64,000 bases of DNA from Octopus bimaculoides (Eukaryota). Below are positions 51,266 to 62,330 of the stretch, in pieces. Under the pieces are notes generated by a model, which was not told the DNA's origin, searched no databases, and saw only the letters and a program-made list of their open reading frames with translations. The stretch lies in contig NC_068985.1 in assembly GCF_001194135.2 (NCBI RefSeq), forward strand, positions 33,545,741 to 33,609,740, given 5' to 3'. The stretch's first letter is position 1. Each line of letters opens with the position of its first letter. A program made the translations under genes and the position numbers.

Positions 51266-52004
51266 TAATGTGTTTAGTAAAAGAGCAATGAGCAGTAATG
51301 TCAAGATACCAATTTAAGTGATCTGTGTGTGTTGAAATTTATTTAAATTTAGTTGGCTTCTCACAAAGTAACAAATATTCATGTTTCAACCAAGACATTC
51401 TTAGGCATATTTGTATATCTTAGTACATGTGTATATGTGTATATGTAAGCTTGCACCCTTGTAATTTGTAAAACACTTGAATTCTGAAGTAATCACAAAC
51501 AACTACTTTTCAATGGTGCATCCTCATATTTACTAACTTGTATTTGTAAAATAAACACTTTGTCAAATATTTTGCTTGGAAGTCTTGACTTGCAAATATA
51601 ATTAATAGCAAGTTATACATTGTCTGTTTTATGATGTACAACCATTTTACAATATATTCTTCACAAAGAGTGTGCTAACACTGCCAGACAGGACAAACTG
51701 GTATGCTGGAAGAAAAAGTTAGAAAGTCCCAGTTCTAGTGTATGAGTATGAACATGTGTATGTATGCATCTATGCATATAAAAAGTGTGTGTGTGTGTGT
51801 GTGTGTTCAGGCATGGCTGTGTGGTTAAGAAGATTGCTTTGCAATCATATGGTTTTAGGTTCCATCCCACTGTATGGCACTTTGGGCAAGTGTCTTCTCA
51901 TATAACCTTGGTCAACCAATGCCTGGTAAGTGAAATTTGGTTGGTGGAAGCTCTATGACAACGCACGCATGTGTGTGTATGTACGTGTGTTTGTGTGTAT
52001 GTAC

Positions 52005-52038
<34 letters not shown>

Positions 52039-53420
52039 TTCATCATCATCATCATCATAACATCATTATCATGTAACATGTCATCTCTGCACAACATGGG
52101 TTGGGCACCACAACAGGGTCTGAAGGGCTAGAGGGCTGCATCAAGCTCCGGTGTTTGTTTTGGATTGGTTTCTATATCTTGATGCCTTTCCTGATGCCAA
52201 TCATTTTGAAGAATGTACATACGTTTGTATGCACGTGTATATCTCCATCTGTCTTCATATTAATACCACCTGGGCAGCAGTGATGTTTGTTTATGTCATG
52301 CAGCTTGGCAGTTCAACATGCAAGGACCTTAAAAAACAAGGCTTGTGTAAGGAAGAGCGTTCAGCTGTGGAAAACTTCTTTAAAAAGTCTAGCACAACCC
52401 AGGACATTATGGAAAAAAGTAAATTTAAAAAGTACAATAGTGATGATGCGTCTCATCTCAAGATTTGCATGAAGAATTTTTATGTATTGCCCGTGTGCAC
52501 ATGCATGCATGTGCTTGTGCATAGTTTTGTTTGTATATTTGAACAACTATAATGTAAAAACTCCAAAGGAAAAAGTATATAGAAATGTTTGTGACAAATG
52601 ATACCGGACATGTTAAACTATAGCAAAGCAATATTGATGTAGATTTCAATGATCATTATCTGACTTCTACTCAGGTTTTAAATAACTCGATAACAATGAG
52701 TTTACAGCACTTTTCATTTGCTATGCAAACTACATTTTCTCCTATTATCCTCTCAGTGTGGGTGGTTTACTTAAGCATTGATTGCTATAAAAACATTTTA
52801 CTTTACTCAGTGCAAATAATGGCTCTAAGAACAATTATCATGATTAACATTCTATGAGGTACTAACAATTTTAAATGCTTTCACATTTACAATGAAGAAA
52901 CAAAAGTCAGAATGTTTCAGCAATTGCTAAGAATATTTTCTTTTGGTCAAGAACAAAGAAAGTTTGGTTAGAATGCCAATAGAGTCGACTTAATATGTGA
53001 CAAACCAATGACTTGATACAAATACATTTGAATAATTAATCTTGATCCATTGCATTCTAAATTCACATCATTCCATAGCTACTGTTGCCTTTCCCTGAGT
53101 TGATAAAAATAAATACCAGCTATGTACTAGAGAATTAAATCTATTATGCTTCCTGCAACTGGAAACATTGGTATTTTGCCCAAACAGGAGAAATGTTTTT
53201 TGGCTTATTCACCTTCATGTCATAAATCTCCTCTGACCAGAGTTAACTAAGATAATTCTACATCAACTATTATAAATACACTCTGTAAAGAAAATGATTT
53301 TCGAAAAAAAAAATGCAAAATAAAAATAAAAGTGAATTAAAAGTGAACACATACAGACATAAATAAATTATATACATTTATGAAATGAATTAAAGTGATG
53401 AATTGGTAGAAATGCTAGAG

Positions 53421-53594
53421 CAGGCTTGGGCAACCTTTTTCAAGAACCAGGCTGCATGCAACATGGCTCATTATCTGGTAGGCTACACTACTAAAATATA
53501 TAAATAAATAGAAAATATAATAAAAAATTCAAGATAATTCTTTGTTAGGTGTGTCATTCAGAAAGTCCCATGAGCTGCAGTTTGCCCATCACTG
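53421..53594. mobile_element. hAT (Charlie-like) MITE
   Basis: 5' CAGGCTTGGGCAACC and 3' GTTTGCCCATCACTG are imperfect TIRs. Left flank TGCTAGAG fits the nnCTAGan target preference; the TSD is decayed. Confidence 0.6.
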
Positions 53595-53711
53595 CACTGG
53601 ACACAATGTTTTGTGGTATTTGTTTCACTTCTCTGTGTTCTGAGTTGGAATTCTTCCCAGATCAACTTTGCCGTTCGTCTTTTGGGGTCGATACAAAAAA
53701 AGGTACCAATC

Positions 53712-54010
53712 CAGGACGGTGACCAGGCAGAATTTGCCAGAGCATCAGGCAGGATGCTTTGCAGTTTTTGTTTAGGCTTTCTGAGTTTTGATAGCAATTC
53801 TTGTGACAATATAGATGACATGCTGTATCAAACTTGCCATTCCCTTGAAAATATCAGCTATGTGCAGAGAAGAGACTTGAATGTATGGGCAATTGTTAAA
53901 TCTTTCACAAAAGAACATTATCCAGGCTTGTGCCATAATATAAGTGCAAATATATGGTCAGTATTGACTTATAGAGACTTTAGATATGAAACAAATAAAA
54001 CTAGATTTAT
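53712..54010 (+). pseudogene. Possible hAT/Charlie-type transposase C-terminal remnant containing a spliceable 181-nt segment (53776-53956)
   Basis: AEF...FDSNSCDNIDD...KSFTKEHYPGL...ANIWSVLTY loosely parallels the EF...FS.PFS..ID...K..P...YP.L...A.I.S.FGSTY pattern. Acceptor gtttttgtttag, donor ATG|gtcagt, frame open. Confidence 0.35.
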
Positions 54011-54094
54011 TTTCCAGTTCTATATTTAAGAGATGAGGAATTATGTACATTATTTACATTTGACAGATATTTGTCCTCATCTTGTTTGTTGTTA

Positions 54095-54135
54095 ACGTTT
54101 CGGTTGATATACCCTCCATCCTTCATCGGGTATCT
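54095..54135 (-). ncRNA. Degenerate minimal type I hammerhead ribozyme motif
   Basis: Minus CCGATGA-A-GGATG-gagggtatat-CAACC-GAAACGTT: core with U4 mutated to C, stem II, palindromic AACGTT stem III. No stem I 3' strand follows. Confidence 0.65.
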
Positions 54136-54208
54136 TGGGGAAATTTTGAATCTGGGTTCTCATTCCTAAGGTATTTTTTGATGTTATTATTATTATTATT
54201 GTTATTCA

Positions 54209-54281
54209 GGTCACTGCCTGGAATTGAATTCAGAATCTTGGGGTTAGTAGCTCGCGCTCTTAACCACTACGCCACATGCCC
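54209..54281 (-). other. tRNA-like sequence (pol III A/B boxes) in the Penelope 3' region
   Basis: GGGCATGTGGCGTAGTGGTTAAGAGCGCGAGCTACTAACCCCAAGATTCTGAATTCAATTCCAGGC: A-box TGGCGTAGTGG, decayed B-box, loop CT-ACT-AA. No complete cloverleaf. Confidence 0.75.
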
Positions 54282-55149
54282 GTAGGCAATTATGGAGTGA
54301 ATATTAGGGCTTATAAATCTAATATTCTCTTATCCTTCCTTAATACTGGTTCCCATATGCTGTTCATATCTGCACTCAGTCTGCTTAGAAGATTGTTGTG
54401 TCCTAGCATATGTACTGCTTCTTTTAGTTTCTGTATTTTCCACTGGCGTTCTCTGTCCATTATTTTAACTTCATCCCACAGAGGGAGGTGGTCTCCATTT
54501 TCCCATACATGATCAGCTATGCCCGATTTATCAATATCACCCCATGTCACAGCTTTACAATGTTCCTCTACCCTTATTTTGAGGGGATGGCATGTTTCGC
54601 CTTTGTATAACCTACCACAGCTGCATGGGATGGAGTACACACAGTTCTTAACCATATTCTCTTCTGTTGGTGGTTTTACTCGAAGGAGATATTATTTGCA
54701 AAGTGTTGTATTACTTTTGAATACTGTCCTGATGTCGTATGAGCTGCATATCTTTTGTATCTTTTCGGAGTGGCCTTTCACATTGGGTAGACAGACTGTG
54801 GACAGTTTATCGGTTTCATCCCCACTTTCCTTCATAATTGGAGTGGATAGTATACTTTTGAGGTAGTTGTTGCTTAATAGATTGTTATTGAGCTTGATCA
54901 TTTCTTCATGGTGGGTATCACGATCACTACTTATATTCATTGCTCAATGTTTTAGGCACTGAGCAATCCCTCTCTTTACACTGTATGAATAGTGGGTATC
55001 ATTGAGGTATCGTCCAATGAAGGTTAGCTTGCAGAATACAGATGTCCTGAATCCATACTTGGTGCGTGTTATTTATATGTCCAGGAATGCTAGCTGATTG
55101 TCTTTTTCTTTTTCCATTGTGAACTGTATGGATGGCTTTATTGAGTTCA

Positions 55150-55360
55150 CATGCAGCTGTGGTAGGTTATACAAAGGCAAAACATGCTGCCCCCTCAAAA
55201 TAAGGGTAGAGGAACATTGCAAAACTGTGACACAGGAAGGTATTGATAAATTGGGTATAGCTGATCATGTATGGAAAAATGGAGACCACCTCTTAAAATA
55301 ATAGACAGAGAACGCCACTGGGAAATACGAAAACTAAAAGAAGCTCATCTCTTAAAACTT
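55150..55360 (+). mobile_element. Inverted partial duplicate of the Penelope GIY-YIG region
   Basis: CSCGRLYKGKTCCPLKIRVEEHCK...GIADHVWKNGDHL on +, head-to-head with the main copy; 16-nt deletion. Confidence 0.9.
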
Positions 55361-55424
55361 GAAGAATGGTGGCTGGTAATAACAGAAGAAAAAATTATGA
55401 CACTAAGTATATGTTTAAAGAAAG

Positions 55425-55455
<31 letters not shown>

Positions 55456-55489
55456 CATTACTTGCTTATAGTTATTCATTGAATGTTAG

Positions 55490-56760
55490 AGAGTGGAACT
55501 GAGTTCCTGGCAACATTTTAAATGCCAAATGCCCAGTCTTGGTCTGTTCATGGTGCAGGGCTGGAGCTGGGTCAAAGAACTGAGCTTTGGAATGATGTGT
55601 CACAAGAAAAGTGACAAACTAGCTTGCTGTCATTGTCCAGTAATCTCTGTAGATGTGTCAGCTTCATTGTGTGCCTGCACATCAACAGCCATAGAATTTC
55701 AAGAATGCCTTGAAATGAATGTTAGCCGCTGATATAGTTCCTGACTAGTAGAACCTGTGGATTCAACACCAAGTGAAAGAACCTACCCTCCAGTTTGGTT
55801 AGATATTTCCTGAAACAAAACATGACATTCAGGAATTAGTACACCACTGATGTGACGCAGACTTCTGTCTGACCTTTCACTGTTAGTTACTTCTAAGGCC
55901 ATTTTGTGGGGAGACTGGTCACCCTAGTTGTGACCTCTTCCTAGTTTTTTGTTTTTTTTTTCTCACCTGAAGGTTCTGAACAGCACCCAAAGTTCTTAAC
56001 CAGATTTTCAATCCAGTGACAAAAGTTAGTATCCCCAAGGATTTGCCACTCCAGGTACTGAGCTGGAAGTCTACTGAACACTAGACTGATGTAAACTGAT
56101 GGGAGTTTCAAATCTAGTGTCAGCCCACTTTACCACATAAGGTGGAGGTTATCATGAAGAGATCGGCAAGGAATCTCATAAATTTTTGCATCTCTGACTA
56201 AACTGCTAGCACCAAATGTCAACTTCTTGGCTGGCATCTTTGTCAAACAATTTAGCAGAGTTATAGATCTGAAGTCTTATATGTACCCTTTTGTTTGAGT
56301 CATTCTCAACAGTACCACTACTCCTTAGCTCACATGAAATGGAATGCTTCTAGTGTGCCAGCAGTTGCAATAGACAGCTGCCAAGATAGTGGCAAATAAG
56401 TCTGGTATTTGATAATAAAATTTGCAGGGCTGATCATCCAGTTTCAGCAATTTGCCCATTGTACATCTGCTGAATATATGCATTACTTCATCTGCTGAAA
56501 TCAATGTTTTTGCATCAATCTGCATCTTCAAACGAAAGTTGTGGCAGACTGTTGAGGCAAAATGTTGAAAGATTACCCTCACCTGCTTGGTATCAGATAG
56601 CATACACTTGTAGTTTGTCATAAATTGAAGTGTGGATTTGTTGCCATGCAGCACCTCCATCACCTGATCCCATCAAATGAGCCTTTGTGAGTCATTGGGT
56701 TCCAGAATACATGCTCTAGCACAAAGAACAGAGCCTTCATATTTCACATTGAGGAAGTGA
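55490..56760 (-). mobile_element. Very old retroelement remnant (possibly Penelope-like)
   Basis: Its low-coordinate end is homologous (inverted) to 58107-58275. Only faint RT/GIY-YIG-like peptides are visible. Confidence 0.35.
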
Positions 56761-57299
56761 TCAAAGACCAATTCTACTACAAGCATATCATAAACAATGT
56801 CTTTTCTGTTCTCTCACTCCTCCTTTAATCAATTGTCTTTTATTGCTATATTTTTGCTAAAACTAAAGCCTGCAGGTTTTGCTCTATTTTCTCTGTTTTT
56901 AGGAGTTTTACCACTTACTATTAATGACTGCATCTGTCAATTCCTACTCAACTAATTTACTAATCCAATCCCTGAAACCTTTCAATGCTGGGAAAGATGC
57001 ATCTTATTTCTAGTACCCAGGATTCTGGATACTGGAAACTAATCATGTTTAGATTGACAATATAGATTATAAACATGTGTTTCAGCTACCTGAAACTGTG
57101 GTAGACAACTTATGTTTTTTCTGTTAGTTAACCTAATGAAAACTTTACCACCTGGATGATCTACTGCAGTTCATCTATGACTACATTGTGCATTTGGAAA
57201 ATTCAGTGGATATCAGTTAGACAAGTGGAATTGCCTAAACAGGTTTGCAAGACTTTTACACCTCTGTCTTGTATTAGCTACTCTCATACAATCTTTGCA

Positions 57300-57900
57300 T
57301 GGGACTTGTTCTGAGAATACCTGATATGCCCCTCAAGTATTTTCATTTTAGGATTCTTTGTAAAATATCCTTTATTACATGAAAATTTTCTTCAGGAGTT
57401 CTGAGTGGACTCTTGGTATTGTCTGTAGCAGAAGTTTGTCTTTAGGAGGAATTCATGTATTTCAACCAATCTTTTGTTAATTTTGTGTGTATCATGAACT
57501 CCATTAATTCACTGTTGCTCTTCTAAGCAGCAATGAAACTGGAAACTTGTTTGTTGCTATTCTTGTTGGATCTTTTATCTTTGTATCTTCTGTTGTTGTT
57601 GTGGGTGTTGTTGTTGTGGGTGTTGTTGCTTCTGCTCTTGTAGTTGTGGATCTTGTCTTGGTTCTTGTTGTTTCTCCCTTTGGGGCTATGGTGTTGCTGT
57701 TGTTCTTGCTACCGTTGATTTTGCTGTGGTCAAGGTGTTGGTAGCAATTTCCTCTCCTATAGGGCAGGAAACCTTGTAGTGATAAGTTCCTGCCCTTGAT
57801 GACAATTTGTATTTCCTCACACTCCTCAAAGCAGAATGTCTCCAAGATCTTTGGAACTCCATAATCATTCCCATCAAGTGTTGTTATGGTGCAATGTAGG
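57300..57900 (-). mobile_element. Unclassified repeat remnant with Thr/Pro-rich low-complexity frame
   Basis: (GTT)n-derived TTTTPTTTT, overlapping broken frames, no convincing splice context. Confidence 0.35.
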
Positions 57901-58106
57901 TTCTATGACCTTCTTGTGTTCTTCAACCATTATTATCTCTTTGGTTCTGTCTCTCTTTGAAGAGTGGTACAATAATGATGATGAGAATGGTGATCTGCTA
58001 ATTAACCAAATTCATCAATAAGAGAAAAATTGAATCCAACAGGAATTGAATTTAGGACATAGATATAAAACTGAAAATTGCTAAGTATTAGTTTGGCATT
58101 TTAAAG

Positions 58107-58275
58107 CTGACACATCTACAGAGACTCCTGGACAATAACAAAGAACAAGTTTATCACCATTCATGCAACTTATCTCTCACCAGCTCATCTCTTTGACCAA
58201 ACATCATTTCTGCAACAAGAACAGAACAGTGGGAATTTGGAATCTAGAACGTGTTCAAGTACTCACTTCATTCCC
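58107..58275 (+). mobile_element. Repeat copy inverted relative to 55490-55665
   Basis: gctgacacatctacagaga..ctggacaat.aca is shared, with colinear similarity over about 170 bp. Confidence 0.7.
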
Positions 58276-59079
58276 TACTAACTGGACAATGTGGTCAGTG
58301 GAGAATCAACTCTCATATTCTATCAAGGGTTAGTGGTCAGAGATTATGGACAATTTCCAAAAGCCCTTGGCCTGGCATTGTTATGGAAGTGGAGGGTGGG
58401 TCTCTGCTTTTTCAAAATAAAGCCTACAGACATGACAATGTTGGAGCCACCAGTAACTGAATCTTTCCAAGATATGCACAGTGCAACAAAACTGTCCAAC
58501 ACACACTCACTCAGTGTTTGTGCATTAGTCATTTGTGGATTTATGTTGAACAGCTGTTGTCCAGTGCTGAATGGATCAGGATATCAGCTAAATCTATTTA
58601 TGAATAATAGTAACATATGATGTAGAGAAGTTGCTTTCCTTTGGCAAACCTAAAAAGTTCTTTCTACTCAATATTTTCTCCATTTGTTGAAGGCAGCGTG
58701 ACTAAGAAGATAAACAGAAGAAAGAAGGAGGAGAAAGAACCTTGAGAATAGGTTGATAAAGGAGAGATTATGATTAGGGTATCAGAGTAGTAGGAGTGAG
58801 AGGATGATGGGTAGTATTAACGAAAGGGTAAAAGTAATTGGCTGCTACATGCTGGTTGTTGGTAAGGAAATTGATTAGAAAACATCGTGATTCTGAACTC
58901 AGAACATAAATAACTATACAAGGATTTATAAATACTGTTAGGATATTTTCATACAGTTTTAGTTTGACTTGAACATTTTTATGTATACTTTTTCCAAGAT
59001 GTACATAATTCTTTTTGAAGAACAGAAATTATTAATATGATTTCTCAAATAGCATAATAATAATAATAATAATAATAAT

Positions 59080-59293
59080 AACCCTTTCTACTATAGGCAT
59101 AAGACCTGAAATTTGGGGGAGCGGAATAGTCGATTATATCGACCCCAATATGTAACTGGTACATAGTTTATCGACCCCGAAAGGATGAAAGGCAAATTCA
59201 ACCTCAGTGGAATTTGAACTGAGAATGTTGCAGCAGATGAAATACCACTAAGTTTTCACTCGGCATGCTAATGATTCTGCCGGCTTGCCGCCT
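59080..59293 (-). mobile_element. SINE family B within (AAT)n
   Basis: gaccccgaaaggatgaaaggc...ggcatgctaatgattctgccggcttgccgcctt. Confidence 0.88.
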
Positions 59294-59302
59294 TAATAAT
59301 AA

Positions 59303-60530
59303 TCTTACTATAATGGGCGTTATGTCTGTCTGTCTGTTCCCTTTTCACGGTCAAATGGTCACAATGTTTTTGGGGATTACGAAGGAGATAATCAGGAAGG
59401 CTTTTTAGTGAAAAAAATGTGAAAAAGTGTGATTATTTAGTGGATATTGAGTTTTATATTAATAAATCACCTTTGATTTTTTTTGTTAAAATTCCAGTGA
59501 CAAGGACTAACTCTGGATTCCCCCCACCTCCATATAGTTCATGAATTTAGAGTGTTTAGATTTGCGATACTATCCCTTTATTTCCCATCGTAGAGGGCAG
59601 ATTTGCTATCTTACTATAATGGGTCTGTTTGTCTGTCTCTTTGTCTGTTCCTTCTTCATGGCCAGACAGCTAGACCAATGGTTATGATATTTTTCTGAAT
59701 TACAAAGACAGTCATCAGGAAGGTTTTTAGCATTAAAGAAATCAGAAAGTATGATTATTTCATGGATATCGATTTTTGAATTAATAAACCACCTTCACAT
59801 TTTTATTAAAAATTCACCGACCACAAGTAACTCTGGATTTTCATCATATAGTTCGTGGCTCCATCATAGTTACGAAGGGAGTCACAAGGACAGTTAATAG
59901 TGAAACTAAAATGGAAAAATTGTGTCAGTATACAGTGTGTGTGATTATTTAATGGTTATTGAAGTGTCAGTCTCGAGCAGGATTTGAAACAGCTAATCGA
60001 AGCGGCTGTTGTTTACATCTCAATTTTGTCAATCAAAATAACCCATGGTACCAAAACATCCAGACATTATTCACATAGAACAGGGCAAAACTTCCTTTTG
60101 ATATGATTCATAATTTAAATAAGAAAATTTGTGTACTTTGAATGTATAAGAATATAAACAAGCATAAAATAGAGTAAACAACTAAAATAAAAGTATATCT
60201 AAATAACATTTTTTTCTTAATACCTTTTATGTAGTGATCAAAGGAAGCGTTGGCTTTCGTTAGGAGTGGTCCACATAATCATTCACGACACAGAGGCTGG
60301 GAGCCTATTGCCTATTTCAGTTTGGGAGGGAATCGTCATCACATGTCACTTAGTCGCAAACACATGTTACATAGCTGCAATAGAATGCTGTATCACCAAC
60401 AATAATGTGATTTCTCTAAGACATCATCCAGTAATCTATCAAATCCATTTACACATTTCTCAATACATACTGCCATTATGACTTCCCTCTCTTATTTTAT
60501 GCCTCCACCATAGATGGGTAGATTTGCTAG
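59303..60530 (+). mobile_element. Non-autonomous Helitron-type head-to-tail dimer
   Basis: A|TCTTACTATAATGGG start at 59303. Unit 1 ends cccatcgtagagggcagatttgCTA at 59608; unit 2 restarts TCTTACTATAATGGG at 59609 and ends ccaccatagatgggtagatttgCTAG|T at 60530. No TSD; inserted A^T within (AAT)n. Confidence 0.8.
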
Positions 60531-60855
60531 TAATAATAATAATGATGATGATGATGCTGAAAACACACAGCAGAAACAACTCATTCTTTGTGAAATGAGA
60601 GAAAATATTGATCTGCTTCTCAAATTACAAATAATTATTACTACTAGTTGATCATAATTAACAATAATATAATTTTAATGCAATATTTCTTTATTTACAT
60701 TTACTTTCATATTTAATTGAACAAAAATCATTGTTGCTGATTTCTTTTTTAATATAAGTGAAAGTATAGCAATTAAAAATATCAACTAATAAGATTCACT
60801 AGTGATGAAGGACTGGTGGTGCCTGAGAAACGTCGCTCTCCTACTGATAGATTTT

Positions 60856-61213
60856 TGTTATTGTTGGCACTACGTCGCTTACGACGTTGAGGGTTCCAGT
60901 TAATCCGATCAACGGAACAGCCTGAGCACTCCACAGACACATGTACCCTTAACGTAGTTCTCGGGGATATTCAGCGTGACACAGTGTGACAAGGCTGACC
61001 CTTTGAATTACAGTCACTACAGAAACAGGAAGTAAGAGTGAGAGAGGGTTGTGGTGAAAGGGTACAGCAAGGTTCGCCACCATCCCCTGCTGGAGCCTCG
61101 TGGAGCTTTAGGTGTTTTCGCTCAATAAACACTCACAACGCCCGGTCTGGGAATCGAAACCGCGATCCTATGACTGCGAGTCCGCTGCCCTAACCACTGG
61201 GCCATTGCGCCTC
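60856..61213 (-). mobile_element. Young tRNA-derived SINE family C with 12-bp TSD
   Basis: Head GAGGCGCAATGGCCCAGTGGTTAGG...GGTTTCGATTCC, CpG-rich. TSD ct(g/a)atagatttt at 60844-60855 and 61214-61225. Confidence 0.92.
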
Positions 61214-61693
61214 CTAATAGATTTTACATAGGTGCAAATAGACAATAGAGGTCAATCAGAATCACCTTTGCCAGAACAATTCATTAGAGTTATTGATAAG
61301 AATGGATTAATACAAAAGACAGTGAAAGGAACAAGATTTGCTTTAAAAGAGACAGCTGTAGATTTGCTTTCTAACAACTTTGAATTACTGTAGTTGTAAC
61401 GTATTCATTCTTATATTTACTTTCAGGGCTTTTTTTTTTTTTTTTGTCACATCCAGACATGTTTATTTCCATATGTAGGTGTGTGTGTGCATATATGCGT
61501 GTTCTAAATAATAGTTGCAGATAGTTTTCTGAATGTTAGATAAATATTTGGGTGTGATTTATTTATACTGTCTCTTGCTTTCATTTCTTTATTTTCGTTT
61601 TTGGTTTTGTTTTTGTTTTGTTTTTTAATTGTAAACAATGTCAATTGTTTGTTCATTGGCTTACTCTTGTTCAGTTTCATTCACTTATGTCAG

Positions 61694-61773
61694 ATACGTC
61701 CTTGAGAAAAGCTTGAACCACAATCACAACACAACCTTCCCCTTCCCTTATAAATCTGTGCACTTACACTTAT
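61694..61773 (+). CDS. Candidate exon (YVLEKSLNHNHNTTFPFPYKSVHLHL)
   Basis: Pyrimidine-rich acceptor ...cacttatgtcag, donor TAT|gtaaga, only phase 2 open. Confidence 0.2.
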
Positions 61774-62086
61774 GTAAGAAATGTATTAACTTGAATAAAT
61801 AAGGCAGCATTTATCATGGTGTTTCGTCTACAGCTCTTCTAGAAGGGACAAACCTTTTAAGTGTTGAGATCATTGAGTTAATTTAATATTGAGTGAATAC
61901 ACATGAATGTTGGCTATGTTAATGATGTTTGTTTATTTGATTTATTTTATATTGCAATTTGCGAAGAGCAATGTCACTAGCGAGAGGTTTCCAGTGCATT
62001 CATTCTGACAGTGAGAGTAACATGTGAATGTTGCTATGGGGTGGGAGGATGTCTTTTCTTGCTGATTTATATCCTCTGCAAATATA

Positions 62087-62330
62087 TAGGCGCAAGCTTG
62101 GCCGTGCAATAAGAAGTTTGCTTTCCAACCACATGGTTCTGGGTTCATTCCCACTGCGTGGCACTTTGGGCATGTGTCTTTTCTTATAACTTTGGGCTGA
62201 CCAAAGCCATGTGAATGGATTTGGTAGATGAAAAGTGCAAGAAGCTCATCGCATGTGTGTGTGCACGCGCGCAATTATCCTGCTGTCTAATGACTGAGAC
62301 AAGTAAAAGATATATCTGTGAAAGAGAGAG
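62087..62330 (+). mobile_element. SINE family A
   Basis: aggcgcaagcttggccgtgc...gggttcattcccactgcgtggc...tgactgagacaagtaaaagata. Confidence 0.8.

Larger units (their letters stand above)
54013..55135 (-). mobile_element. Penelope-like retroelement, 5'-truncated (RT thumb + GIY-YIG + 3' repeat)
   Basis: PSIQFTMEKEKDNQLAFLD (RT); VYSIPCSCGRLYKGET..PLKIRVEEH...SGIADHVW...KLKEA (GIY-YIG). Internal stops present. Confidence 0.93.

Noticed and set aside
57504-57845. Mucin-like Thr/Pro-rich ORF
   Set aside because: Arises from (GTT)n simple repeats within a decayed repeat; no signal peptide or splice support.
61140-61213. tRNA gene call for SINE heads (also 15455, 22563, 54209)
   Set aside because: They have A/B boxes but no complete acceptor stem or cloverleaf, and continue directly into SINE or retroelement bodies.
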